DNA of 64,000 nucleotides from assembly GCA_034530615.2 (NCBI GenBank), contig JAVRCV020000032.1, positions 144,488 through 208,487 on the forward strand. The letters run 5' to 3'. The notes beneath the pieces are model-generated. The model saw only the letters and a program-made list of their open reading frames with translations. It was not told the origin of the DNA and ran no database searches. This document shows, one piece after another, positions 45,589 to 55,922 of this stretch (position 1 is its first letter; the number at the start of each line of letters is the position of its first letter). The stretch is from Aulosira sp. ZfuVER01. GTDB taxonomy: Bacteria > Cyanobacteriota > Cyanobacteriia > Cyanobacteriales > Nostocaceae. The translations under genes were made by a program, and so were the position numbers.

Positions 45589-47502
45589 TTAAAAATTATA
45601 TTTACTGTCATCTATCCTCTGAGTCAGCCAAAATTTGGGCACAGGCCATGATAACTCACAAAGAGTACCTCTAGGATAAAGGGAAACTCTCCGAAATTTC
45701 CCTTTGAGTTGTCGAGCTAAATTTCTAAATTGCTGTGTTCCTCTGCCTTCTCTATATGAACTGATAGCTAATCCATCATCTACAATGCTAAGAGTCTGCC
45801 AGCCTTCAGACAAAGAACTAGTAACTTCCAAGCGAGTAACTCTGGTTGCGTGTTTGCCAACATTACATAAAGCTTCTTCTAGAAAGCGGCAAAGTCTTCG
45901 TTTGTCTTCAATGCTCAAATATCCTTCATCTATTGGTTCAAAAGTGCGGATTTTTACTCTGAGACTTTTAAAGCAGGGAAAGTCTCGTTCTAAGGTATAG
46001 CTGTAAACTTGATAGAGAATTTCATGCATCGGGTCTTGTAAATTAATTAATAGCCCCTTTTCTAGATACAAGCTACTATCTTGGTTTATCGGTTCTCGTT
46101 GCAAAAATTCATAAATTCCTCGGAGATCCTGATTTAATTTTTCCAATTCTTTTTGCACTTCTGGCAGTAATTTCTCTGTAGGTAGGTTGCGATCGCGAAC
46201 CAACTTCAAAACTTTAGCCAGAGTTTGCAGCGGCCCATTGTGAATTGTTTCAAATGTTAGTTCCATCATAGAATGACGAGCGTTAATTCCAGAACGCAAA
46301 GCTTGTTCGTATTGATATAAAGCTGTGAGTCCTAGAGCATTCAAAGTATAAATAATTATTGCTGGTGTGACTGGAATCCACCATCCCCAAGTTAAGAATA
46401 AATAACTAACAAACACTAAGATAAAACTAACGCCAGTAATAGCCAAAAGGTTAATCAAAGGGAATTTAGTCAGCCTAGCATGAGCAATTCCTAAAAAAGC
46501 CCAAGCGACAATCCAGATATATTCCCATTCATCTGGCCAAGTATTTAAGAGTGGTCGAGAATTCAAAACTGCACTGATAATTTGACTAACAGCATGGGCA
46601 TGAATTTCTACTCCATAAACTTGGCCTGGTGGTGCAAATTTGGCAGATGGAATCGCGGAAGTAGTGGTAAAGTCTTTAGCACTAGGGGCAGTCATCCCAA
46701 TAATCACAATGCGATCGCGTATCCACTCTGGTGGGACTTTTCCGGCTTTAATATCGCCAAGAGTAACTGTTCTAAATCGTTCTCGACCACTGCGAAAGTT
46801 AAACAGTACTTGAAATCCGCCTGCATCGGTTCGCACATATCCCCCAGAGTTACTGAAGACACGAGGTAGTTCAGTATTGCCGAATTTGATAGTGTTGCGA
46901 TCGCCAGTTCCATGTTCTAGGTTAATACCCTTAGCAGCTAAATAAGCCTCTGCCAAAAGTAGAGACAAGGCAAATTTATTTCCTTGAGGTGTTGTTGTTC
47001 TTAAGAGACTGCGCCTTAATTTCCCATCAACATCCGGGATTTGATCTACAAAACCTACTTGTGCACTGGGTAAATCTGGTGGTGGATCAACTGTCTTAGG
47101 TAATACTTTTGCAATACCAATTAAATTTTTAGTATTTCTAAATATACTTTCTAGTTCTGAGTGTCCAGGCTCAACAGGTATATCCCTAACAATATCAAGA
47201 CCAATAACTTTAGGCGCGTAAGATTGTAATTTTCTTACCACCGCAGCCATTTCCCGATCTGCTACAGGATATCCTACCTGATGGATATCATCTTCATTAA
47301 TCCCTACAATCAGAATTCGTTCATCTATATTTTCTGTAAGACGCAGACGCAGAAAAGTATCAAAAACTAGCCATTCTAAAGATTGCATTGAACCAGTAAG
47401 ACGAGCAATCATCACCAGACAAAGAACTACAATGCCTGGTAATAGACCTACACGCCAAACGGCCAGTTCTGCGGTGATTCTTTGCCAAAGTCCAGGCTGC
47501 AT
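45589..47502 (-). CDS. CHASE2-domain sensor with a NarX-type (HisKA_3/HATPase-like) kinase module
   Basis: CHASE2 (VIGLDI, DVDGKLRR, GVEIHAH), three TM helices, H-box IHNGPLQ, EEALCNVGKHA and DDG. Confidence 0.85.
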   Translation of the reverse strand: MQPGLWQRITAELAVWRVGLLPGIVVLCLVMIARLTGSMQSLEWLVFDTFLRLRLTENIDERILIVGINEDDIHQVGYPVADREMAAVVRKLQSYAPKVIGLDIVRDIPVEPGHSELESIFRNTKNLIGIAKVLPKTVDPPPDLPSAQVGFVDQIPDVDGKLRRSLLRTTTPQGNKFALSLLLAEAYLAAKGINLEHGTGDRNTIKFGNTELPRVFSNSGGYVRTDAGGFQVLFNFRSGRERFRTVTLGDIKAGKVPPEWIRDRIVIIGMTAPSAKDFTTTSAIPSAKFAPPGQVYGVEIHAHAVSQIISAVLNSRPLLNTWPDEWEYIWIVAWAFLGIAHARLTKFPLINLLAITGVSFILVFVSYLFLTWGWWIPVTPAIIIYTLNALGLTALYQYEQALRSGINARHSMMELTFETIHNGPLQTLAKVLKLVRDRNLPTEKLLPEVQKELEKLNQDLRGIYEFLQREPINQDSSLYLEKGLLINLQDPMHEILYQVYSYTLERDFPCFKSLRVKIRTFEPIDEGYLSIEDKRRLCRFLEEALCNVGKHATRVTRLEVTSSLSEGWQTLSIVDDGLAISSYREGRGTQQFRNLARQLKGKFRRVSLYPRGTLCELSWPVPKFWLTQRIDDSKYNF

Positions 47503-47849
47503 AAATTGATTTCCTAGTCTTTAGGTTTGTGTTGGCAAAACTGGTTAGATGCAAAACCCTGTATAAACTGAAGTCACTTCTACATTTGTACTAAAAACAC
47601 CCTAAGTACTTGTGCTACCAAACATTATAGAGATTGCAAATTTATAGACATAGCCATGTCTGAGTCTGACATCTGCATGGCACAATTCCGGACAAGCTTT
47701 GAGGCTTTGAGTCCTAATGTGTCAGGCGAACAAAAACAGGCAGAAGAAGCAAACATAGATCAATGGTTTTCTTTACAATCTCTCAAAGTTAGATCGGCTG
47801 ATGTGCGTCTAGATTAAATATTCTCGCTTGTAGGCTGTTAGAGAGAAGA

Positions 47850-48070
47850 GGAACCAATGCGTCGCGGGGTTTCCCAAGGTACTCCGTTTAGTCGCCAGAC
47901 TTGTTCGCTGTACAGTCCAAGCAAGCTAGCCTTTGACTGTAGACTCTTGAACGCCAGTCGCTACCCTTCGGGTTCTCTTTTGGATACCAGTCAGGAAACC
48001 CTTTCGGTAGTTCCTCATGAGAAAAACCCTCAAGACTGCACCGCCGATGCTCCCACATCGCTAGGCTCCT
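47850..48070. repeat. Mosaic of degenerate Nostocales dispersed repeats
   Basis: GC-rich patch with AACGCCAGTCGCTAC and GGAAACCC/CAAGACTGCAC motifs inside an AT-rich intergenic region. Confidence 0.4.
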
Positions 48071-48643
48071 TTTGACAACCTAAGTGCGAAATATAAAATT
48101 TAAATGCGTCATAGCTGATTAAATAGTTTTTAGAGTTTTATAGTACATTTGTCCGAATAACTTGACCAAATACTCCCAAAATTTCAGCACCAAAACTAAG
48201 TTCAGGTTTCTCTACCTGATACCAATTTGCAAAATGATTGCAACAGATCGATTCTTAAAACTCAGACACAGAAAGCAATTCTTAATTTAAAACCTGTCTT
48301 GAAAAGTTTAACACTAGTTGCTGCAAGTCTGGACATTCGTCCACACAACTGGTCTCTCACAGACTGGCTCTTCAAGTCGATAAACCACGCACAGCAGATC
48401 CTTTTGGGGGAAACCACCAATACACTGGCTTAACTTTTCACAATTTTAAGCTGGTATAACATGTTTCTACAGTAAAACATAGGTTATAACTTTGAGGAAC
48501 TTGTGAGGAAATCTGGTAATATTACTTAATTTTATTTTTGATTCTTTGGTCTTGTTTAAGCAAGCAACATCACTTCCCCGATCTTTCTCAACCAGCCTCT
48601 GAGCATAGTCATTAGTCGATAAGTTGTCAGTTATTCTGAGTAT

Positions 48644-49321
48644 CTAGTCAATCAATCCTTCTGCTCTAGCTTGCATTTCCGTTTGAATACGGATATTTTT
48701 ACCTTCTTCAGGATAAACATCTAAAGCATCTTGAAGTTTACTCCAGTAATGACGCACCATGCGTTCAGATATACACATCTTTTCAGCAATTGCCTTATCC
48801 TGTAATCCTTCTTCAAATGCTAGAGTCAGCACTCTGAGCCATTCTGGTTTTACCTCTAATCCCGAATGGATACCTTTTATGTCTTTTGTGTGAGTTAATC
48901 CCTGTAATGACCAATCCACTCTAGTCAACATTTCCTGGGTGGAAAGACTTTTATCTGCAACCGTAAAACCTCCTTTATGACCATCAATATCTGGTCTAAT
49001 CCTCACCAGGGTTCTCACATGAGCGCTTTGGACAACAATATTCAGATGGGGATAGCATTTCATTAAATGCCTTAGGAGTTGAACACCTGTATCAGGACGT
49101 GCTATCAATCCAGGGTGTTCTGGAATTGAAAGATCCATAACTACGAGATCTGGCTGAGAATTCATCAATTGATCTACAGCCTGTTTAGCATTTATGGCAG
49201 TGATAAATTCAGCACCAGGATATTTTTTGTGCAAGACATCTACTGTTCCGCCTAAAACTGATTCATGGTCATCAATTACAAGAATTGTTAGCAACTGCTT
49301 TTCTACTAAAGGTTGTTTCAT
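48644..49321 (-). CDS. NarL/FixJ-type response regulator (REC + LuxR-like HTH)
   Basis: VIDDHE, PDLVVMDL and GLQDKAIAEKMCISERMVRHY motifs. Confidence 0.9.
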   Translation of the reverse strand: MKQPLVEKQLLTILVIDDHESVLGGTVDVLHKKYPGAEFITAINAKQAVDQLMNSQPDLVVMDLSIPEHPGLIARPDTGVQLLRHLMKCYPHLNIVVQSAHVRTLVRIRPDIDGHKGGFTVADKSLSTQEMLTRVDWSLQGLTHTKDIKGIHSGLEVKPEWLRVLTLAFEEGLQDKAIAEKMCISERMVRHYWSKLQDALDVYPEEGKNIRIQTEMQARAEGLID

Positions 49322-49492
49322 AATTCCTACCTTAATCAGAAAATTCTCTTTTTATAAGATAAACTTTTTTAAAATTGATAAATCCAACTATCTGTAAATA
49401 TTTATATATCATCTGCTTTGTTATCAATCGGGCAAATACTTAATTTTGATTATAGATAAAGCCAGTCACAGAAAAGCGTTCAGCAACGCTTA

Positions 49493-50200
49493 TCACCAGC
49501 GGAAATACCAAGCTATTCTAAGATTTTTAATGCGACGGGAGCATTTACCTGATGTGAGAAAGCAAAAACTATCGCAAAGATATTGTAGTTCTGGGTTAGT
49601 AGAGTAACTAGTAAGCGTAGACCAATCTGGATAAGTAATTTCTATGTTTAAATTACTCAGCTTATTATGTTGGTTTAAATAGATATAAATTGATATCGGC
49701 ATTACAACCTCGGGTACAGTCATTGTTAATAACTCTTCTATAGTTATGAGAACTATGAGATTGTATCTTGCTGTTTCATTGTGCCATTCAACTGGCAGAT
49801 CAATACGAAAATATAGGTGCGGATTAGATATATGCCATGGTTCTAATAAGCATCCAATAGCCAAAGGCAAACTATATTGAAGATGAAATGGAAATAGGCG
49901 ATCGCTTAAGCTCACCAAAGATTGATGAAAACGATCGATTTTTTGAAGACATTCTTGCGTTTGATTAATTGATAAATCAACATTATCGGTTGACAAAATA
50001 TCCAAATTGCGACGAATAGTGAAAGAGTCTTGCAACAAATCGTCCCGAATTTTCTCGGCTTCTAAGAAGAGTTTGATAGACTGTCTATACGACCACCACT
50101 GCAATGCTTTTTGAATTCTATGATAAAGGAACAGAAACCAGACGAGAGTGATGATGTAGACAATTAACAATGTAATTTGTGTACACAATTTCCGGCTCAC
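49493..50200 (-). CDS. Membrane-anchored, degenerate histidine-kinase-like protein
   Basis: N-terminal TM; EKIRDDLLQ occupies the position of an H-box but has no His. Confidence 0.55.
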   Translation of the reverse strand: MSRKLCTQITLLIVYIITLVWFLFLYHRIQKALQWWSYRQSIKLFLEAEKIRDDLLQDSFTIRRNLDILSTDNVDLSINQTQECLQKIDRFHQSLVSLSDRLFPFHLQYSLPLAIGCLLEPWHISNPHLYFRIDLPVEWHNETARYNLIVLITIEELLTMTVPEVVMPISIYIYLNQHNKLSNLNIEITYPDWSTLTSYSTNPELQYLCDSFCFLTSGKCSRRIKNLRIAWYFRW

Positions 50201-50445
50201 AAGATAACTCTATGGTCGTTAGGCTACTAGGGTAAGAGCAAAATACCATAAAAAATATCTTATATTTGTGCCAAATATAATGCCTAAAGAATACAAGATA
50301 ATTGTTAGAATGCGTAATTTTAATTGCCAAAAAATGCATGATTCTAATAACTAACCTAATGTAATATTTACTATTGTTTTTCTTCATGCAATGATGCTCC
50401 TTAATCTACATAAAGATATGCTTATACTTAACAGATAAATTTCGT

Positions 50446-51846
50446 TTATAAATCAGTAATTAATCTGGCTTTTCTCAGCATAAATTGCAGGGCTGTTTGT
50501 TCTTTAGAAATAATATCAGCCTTAGCATCCATACCTGATTGAATGTGACATTGATGATTTTCATTTCCAAATGCCATAGTTTCTGGTTGGATATTCACTT
50601 CAAAATAACCAGCAGATGGAGTTGCAGTTGCTACACCTGCATTGTTATTTTGAGCTGTGATGACATCTGGAGAAATGGTCTTAACGACTCCTTTAAGAGT
50701 CCCATAATCAGGGTAGGCGCAGGCATCAACGCGCAATTGCACTTTTTGTCCAACAGCAACATTTTTAATTTCAGCAGTTGGAATTACAGCTTTAATTACT
50801 AGAGGTGCATCCTGGGGAACAATCTCAGCAATAGGTTCGCTAGCACGTACTACTTGACCAGGATTTCGCAAATTCAGCTTGAGGATAATACCGTCACTAG
50901 TAGCACGAATAATGCTATTTCTTAGTTCATTTTCAATTTGTTGAATTTCTTTTACAGATTGGCTGAATTGATTTTGCATATCAATTCGTCGTTGAATTAA
51001 AGCTTGCTTTTCTTTTGCTAAGATAGCAATATTTGCATCGCCTCTAGCAGTTTCTTGGGCAATCCGTTCTTGAGAAATATCTACTGTTGCTCTAGTGGGA
51101 TTAACAGCAGCTTTGGCTGATTGAACTTTAGCTTTAGCAATATCAATAGCTCTTTTTTCACCTTCTATTGTTGATTCTATCTGCGTAACAATGAGCTTTT
51201 TCTCTTCATATTCACGCCGACCAATAGCTCCAGTATTTGATAGTTGCTCATAGCGATCGCGATCTAATTTAGCAAAGTCTAAATCAGCATAAGCTTTTTG
51301 CAAATCGGCATAAGCTTTTTGGAGACTAGCTTCTGCTGCTTGTAATTCGCTGGCTGAATTAATTTGGCGGTCTTCATAGTCTCTCTGGCTGCGTGCTAAA
51401 TCGGATTGAGCAGCAGAAACTGTTTTCTCTATTACTCTTTTCTCGGCAATAATTTGAGTATCTAAAGAGCTAATTTGCGCGTCAATTTGAACTAATTGCA
51501 GTCTACCTTGTTGAATATTTCCTAGCAGTTGACTCTTTTTAATACGCAATTGTTCAACATCAAGGTAAGCAATTATATCTCCCTGTTTAACAACCTGATT
51601 TTCTTTAACCAGGATGTTCTTAACAGTGCCTTCCATTTTTGGTTGAACTAGTCGAACATCTCCAATAGGACGGACGGTTGCAGCAGCTTTCACCGTGACG
51701 TTGTATTTCACCCATGAAGAGAGGCCAAACGCAGAACCGACAGTCCCCACTAGAAAGACTCCTGCTAAAGATGTCCAAGCACTTACAGGAGGAATAAAAT
51801 CTTCTTGAACTTCCGGTAGGATTTTCTGATTATGGGTATATAGCAT
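50446..51846 (-). CDS. HlyD family secretion adaptor (type I / peptide export)
   Basis: VKENQVVKQGD, a long coiled coil, and YPDYGTLKGVVKTISPD. Confidence 0.92.
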   Translation of the reverse strand: MLYTHNQKILPEVQEDFIPPVSAWTSLAGVFLVGTVGSAFGLSSWVKYNVTVKAAATVRPIGDVRLVQPKMEGTVKNILVKENQVVKQGDIIAYLDVEQLRIKKSQLLGNIQQGRLQLVQIDAQISSLDTQIIAEKRVIEKTVSAAQSDLARSQRDYEDRQINSASELQAAEASLQKAYADLQKAYADLDFAKLDRDRYEQLSNTGAIGRREYEEKKLIVTQIESTIEGEKRAIDIAKAKVQSAKAAVNPTRATVDISQERIAQETARGDANIAILAKEKQALIQRRIDMQNQFSQSVKEIQQIENELRNSIIRATSDGIILKLNLRNPGQVVRASEPIAEIVPQDAPLVIKAVIPTAEIKNVAVGQKVQLRVDACAYPDYGTLKGVVKTISPDVITAQNNNAGVATATPSAGYFEVNIQPETMAFGNENHQCHIQSGMDAKADIISKEQTALQFMLRKARLITDL

Positions 51847-51871
51847 ATCCCTCCCCTCTAAAAAATTAATA

Positions 51872-54022
51872 TTAAGGAATTAAAAAGTCTAAATGATCTC
51901 CTGGCTTGGAACGCAAATCCTTCAATGAACCTTGAAGTTTCAATTTGCCGTGTTCCAATAAAACTATCCAATCGGCTCGATTAATTACTTTGGGGCGGTG
52001 AGTAATTAAAATTGTGGTTTTACCTTGGCGATGCTTAAACAGTTGTTCCAAAACTTGCGCTTCGCTGACTGGATCGAGTCCACCAGTAGATTCATCCAAA
52101 ATTAAAATCGGCGGTTCTGTCACGATAGCACGGGCGATCGCTAATCTTTGACGTTGTCCTCCAGATATGTTTGCGCCAAATTCTCCTAAAATAGTCTGAT
52201 ATTTGTCAGGTAGTTTATTAATAAACTCATCAGCACCAGAAATTTGACAAGCTCTGACAATCTGCTCAAAGCTAATATGCGGTGTTCCTAAACGAAAGTT
52301 TTCCACAATAGAACGATTCCAAAAGTGGGCATCTTGAGGAACCAGAACTACCTGTTGACGCAAACAATCTAGAGACAGATCTTGGATGTTATATATTCCA
52401 ATTTGGATATTGCCAGATTGTAGTGGATATAATCCAGCAATTAATTTAGCAAGTGTACTTTTACCACAACCAGATTTACCAATTAGGGCAGTAACTTGAC
52501 CACCAGGAATTGTTAATGAAAAATTGTCCAATAAGTCAAGGCGACCAGCATAATGAAAGCCTACATTGTTACAAATAACATCAGCATCACCTGGAATGTA
52601 AGCCAAAGGCTTTTTCCCATCACCTTCATTCTCTGGGGTAGCATCGATAACTTCTGTTAGTCGTTGTGTGGCGGTTTTAGCACGGGTAAATTCTTCAACA
52701 AAACCAATGACTGTACTAATTAAGCCGAGAAAATTGGCATTCATGGAGTTAAACGCCATTAGTTGCCCGATACTTAAGTGTTCAACTGGATTAATTACCA
52801 AATTACCACCAAACCAGAGCAAAAGCACTGCACCAATCGCAGAAATAAATCCCGAAAAAGTATTATTAATAATCCCAATTTGCATAGTGCGAAATGTGAG
52901 ATTACCAAGACGCCCAAATCGGCTTTTTATCTCATCCCAAAATTGGGGAGCAGATGCAGTAGTTTTGAGGGTAAGTGCGCCTTTAAATGTTTCTACTAAA
53001 AGACCTTGGGTTTCTGCTTCCGTGACTAACAGTTCCCGAGTTTTCCGCTGTAAACTCGGCTGGAATATTATCGTAGACAGGGTCATCACTACGGAAATAA
53101 AGAATGCTACCACAGTTAATTTCCAACTGTAGAAAATCATGAAACCCAAAGAAATTAGGGCAATAAAAAATCTGCTAGGTAAACCAACAACTACCTGAGC
53201 AACCAATTGATTAATCTGGGCTATATCTTGGAGGCGGCTAACTATTTCTCCGCTGCGGCGAGATTCATAATAACTTAAGGGTAATCGGAGAATTTGCCGC
53301 CCAAATTCCATAACTAGCCCTAATTGTAGGCGTTGAGCAAAATTAGCAATTAAATTAGATTGTACAAATGACAAGCTACTAGAAATAAAATTCATCACTA
53401 CCACAGAAATAGCCACAGTAGTGAGTAAATTTGTATCTCCACGAACTAGTACATCGTCTGTGAGTATTTGTAGTAAAAATGGGGAAGCTAAAGACAATAA
53501 GCCCAAAATTAAATTAATTGGTAAAGCTTGTGCTAGAATTGCGCGATAATTCCAGACACGTTTAAAAAAGCGCCAAAAGCCACCAATTTGATCGTCTTCT
53601 TGAGCAAAAAATCTCACCGGATCGGGTTCCAGTAATAGCATCAACCAATCTGTCCAACCTTCGGCTAAATCTTTTTTAGACAGATGACGGATACCTACAG
53701 CCGGATCGGCAATTAAACATTTCTTGCCTTTGTTACCATATAAAACAACCCAATGATTTCCTTTCCAGTGAATAATTGCTGGTAAAGGTGCTTCATGCAT
53801 CCGGTCGAGGAGTTCTGGTGAAGTTTTAACTGGACGAGTATTAAATCCCAGTGTTTCTGCTCCTCGCCGCAATCCTAATAAAGTAGTACCAAATTGTCCA
53901 GTACCTACAGCTTCTCGGATGTGGTTGAGAGTAAAATTATGTCCATAATATTTAGCAATTGTCGCAAGGCAAGCAGCCCCGCAATCTTCTTCACTATGCT
54001 GTTTGACAAATTTATATTTCAT
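51872..54022 (-). CDS. Peptidase C39-containing ABC transporter (PCAT)
   Basis: QHSEEDCGAACL, HWVV and ADPA C39 motifs; TM domain; GKSGCGKST; ISGGQRQR. Confidence 0.95.
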   Translation of the reverse strand: MKYKFVKQHSEEDCGAACLATIAKYYGHNFTLNHIREAVGTGQFGTTLLGLRRGAETLGFNTRPVKTSPELLDRMHEAPLPAIIHWKGNHWVVLYGNKGKKCLIADPAVGIRHLSKKDLAEGWTDWLMLLLEPDPVRFFAQEDDQIGGFWRFFKRVWNYRAILAQALPINLILGLLSLASPFLLQILTDDVLVRGDTNLLTTVAISVVVMNFISSSLSFVQSNLIANFAQRLQLGLVMEFGRQILRLPLSYYESRRSGEIVSRLQDIAQINQLVAQVVVGLPSRFFIALISLGFMIFYSWKLTVVAFFISVVMTLSTIIFQPSLQRKTRELLVTEAETQGLLVETFKGALTLKTTASAPQFWDEIKSRFGRLGNLTFRTMQIGIINNTFSGFISAIGAVLLLWFGGNLVINPVEHLSIGQLMAFNSMNANFLGLISTVIGFVEEFTRAKTATQRLTEVIDATPENEGDGKKPLAYIPGDADVICNNVGFHYAGRLDLLDNFSLTIPGGQVTALIGKSGCGKSTLAKLIAGLYPLQSGNIQIGIYNIQDLSLDCLRQQVVLVPQDAHFWNRSIVENFRLGTPHISFEQIVRACQISGADEFINKLPDKYQTILGEFGANISGGQRQRLAIARAIVTEPPILILDESTGGLDPVSEAQVLEQLFKHRQGKTTILITHRPKVINRADWIVLLEHGKLKLQGSLKDLRSKPGDHLDFLIP

Positions 54023-54128
54023 AAGCAAAGCACCATACAGAATTACCAACCGCAGGTGTTATCTATCTATTGCAATATTTTTGGAATAGCTGAATATCGT
54101 TAAACCTTAACTAGTATTATTAACTAAG

Positions 54129-54440
54129 TTATAGCAAACAGTGAAGCAATCGGTATAGTAAATTTAAAGCCATCAAATTTGACTTACGCAAGCTATTTCT
54201 ATCAATTTCCAATAATGAGTCAAGATGAAATCCGATAGTGGTTTGCGATAGCGTATATCCAGATTGGTTTTTATAAGAAATGCTACTTATCCCATCTGAA
54301 ATATTGATTTCATTACTTGCAAAACTTGCTATATTTGTCTGCTGGAAAACGAAATCTAATCCGCCAGCCGCAGCTTCCTGTTGTTGTTCAGACAACTCTA
54401 TGAATAATTCAGAGTTTCTTGGTTCAATGTAGTTAGACAT
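54129..54440 (-). CDS. Double-glycine leader peptide precursor (bacteriocin-like, divergent)
   Basis: SELFIELSEQQQEAAAGG leader; ATG at 54440. Confidence 0.75.
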   Translation of the reverse strand: MSNYIEPRNSELFIELSEQQQEAAAGGLDFVFQQTNIASFASNEINISDGISSISYKNQSGYTLSQTTIGFHLDSLLEIDRNSLRKSNLMALNLLYRLLHCLL

Positions 54441-54723
54441 AGAATTGTTATACCATTTCTCTAAAATCTGACGACACATCAATCTCCCCGTCTCTCCGTC
54501 CTCATCGGCTGCTTCCTATTGGAGAATTGGTATTACATCTGCGTTCTAATAGCCTATATAATTGGCACTTTACTTGAAGGGTGACAAAACTAGAAGTTTA
54601 TAAGTTGTAGGGTGTACATTGCCCTGTGAGAGTGATACCAGATTCTACCTTACACATCTTTAGTCCCCATAAAGAGGATTAAAGATGTGTTTTTGTCTAA
54701 GCTAGAATTCCGCTTATTTCAAA

Positions 54724-54954
54724 TTAAATATGAATTGCAGCAGCCAAAGTAGAAAGAATGGCTAAGCTGCTAGCGTCGGAAGCACCACCAAACAAGAAGG
54801 TTGAACCATTAGCACCATTAGTGGCTGCTACTGGTCCGAGAACTTTAGTAGTTGTTGCCAGTACAGAATATGCAGAACCGTAGGCTGCGTCAATTCCACC
54901 ACTAACTAGTTCTTGTTCTTCAACAGTTACTTCGATAAACAGTTCGTTAGACAT
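54724..54954 (-). CDS. Double-glycine leader peptide precursor (cyanobacterial tandem bacteriocin-like), copy 2
   Basis: MSNELFIEVTVEEQELVSGG leader, then an Ala/Gly/Ser/Thr-rich core. Confidence 0.85.
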   Translation of the reverse strand: MSNELFIEVTVEEQELVSGGIDAAYGSAYSVLATTTKVLGPVAATNGANGSTFLFGGASDASSLAILSTLAAAIHI

Positions 54955-55119
54955 GATTTGAATCTCCTGGATTTTGATAGTTTTGCGAGTTGTTTGCCGC
55001 TCGTTGGCTGCTTTTTTCCTCGCTTGATTAATACGTTATAAGAAAGCACCCATCTTTAGTCCCCATCAAGAGGATTAAAGATGTGTTTTTGTCTAAGCTA
55101 GAATTCCGCTTATTTCAAA

Positions 55120-55350
55120 TTAAATATGAATTGCAGCAGCCAAAGTAGAAAGAATGGCTAAGCTGCTAGCGTCGGAAGCACCACCAAACAAGAAGGTTGA
55201 ACCATTAGCACCATTAGTGGCTGCTACTGGTCCGAGAACTTTAGTAGTTGTTGCCAGTACAGAATATGCAGAACCGTAGGCTGCATCAATTCCACCACTA
55301 ACTAGTTCTTGTTCTTCAACGGTTACTGCGGTAAATAGTTCGTTAGACAT
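55120..55350 (-). CDS. Double-glycine leader peptide precursor, copy 1
   Basis: MSNELFTAVTVEEQELVSGG leader; core identical to copy 2. Confidence 0.85.
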   Translation of the reverse strand: MSNELFTAVTVEEQELVSGGIDAAYGSAYSVLATTTKVLGPVAATNGANGSTFLFGGASDASSLAILSTLAAAIHI

Positions 55351-55766
55351 GATTGGAATCTCCTGGATTTTGATAGTTTTGCGAGTTGTTTGCCGCTTGT
55401 TGGCTGCTTTGTTCCTCGCTTGATTAATACGATATAAGGAAGTACCCAGGTGAGTCATTCTCATTTTCTGCAAACTTCATTACCAAAGTTAGAAATTATC
55501 GCTGCCGAAATACGTAAGTGCAATTACCGAAAAGTACATAGCAAATAATTACACTTTATTTTACTGAATCTTATCAAAAAACTTGAGAAATTTTTTACTA
55601 GCTTTAAATAAATCTTGACTCTGTATGGCATGAGCTATCCCTATATCTCAAGATTTATCAAAACTACATAGAAAATTATTGCACACTTTAAGAAAAATCC
55701 TTGGAAATAGGATAATCAAATAGTTATGTAAAATTTAATACTCGCTGCTTGTATGGAATAGAAATG

Positions 55767-55907
55767 GGCGGTTAGAAACCGCGTCTACAAAGACAAAACC
55801 CGCCTGCGCGGGTTTTAAACTTTGAATTTGATCTTAGTTAGCGTTCGGCTTTGCCGTTGCCGAAGGCTAGGCGGACTTTGTTTGTATAGCTGCGAATTCG
55901 ATTCGCC
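55767..55907. mobile_element. MITE/REP-like palindromic element with a nested small GC-rich insertion
   Basis: Imperfect terminal inverted repeats (GGCGGTTAGAAACCGCGTCTACAAAGACAAA ... TTTGTTTGTATAGCTGCGAATTCGATTCGCC). Confidence 0.6.
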
Positions 55908-55922
55908 GGGACTTAAGTTGAC

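Larger units (their letters stand above)
54655..55447. repeat. Tandem duplication of a 396-bp unit (precursor gene with upstream region and hairpin)
   Basis: catctttagtcccca starts at 54655 and 55051; ORF starts at 54954 and 55350. Confidence 0.92.

Noticed and set aside
47857..48433. Small ORFs 47857..48075 and 48227..48433
   Set aside because: They overlap degenerate dispersed repeats and have no protein-like features
55351..55473. Longer 117-aa version of the precursor ORF
   Set aside because: The duplicated copy shows the true start is MSNELF at 55350
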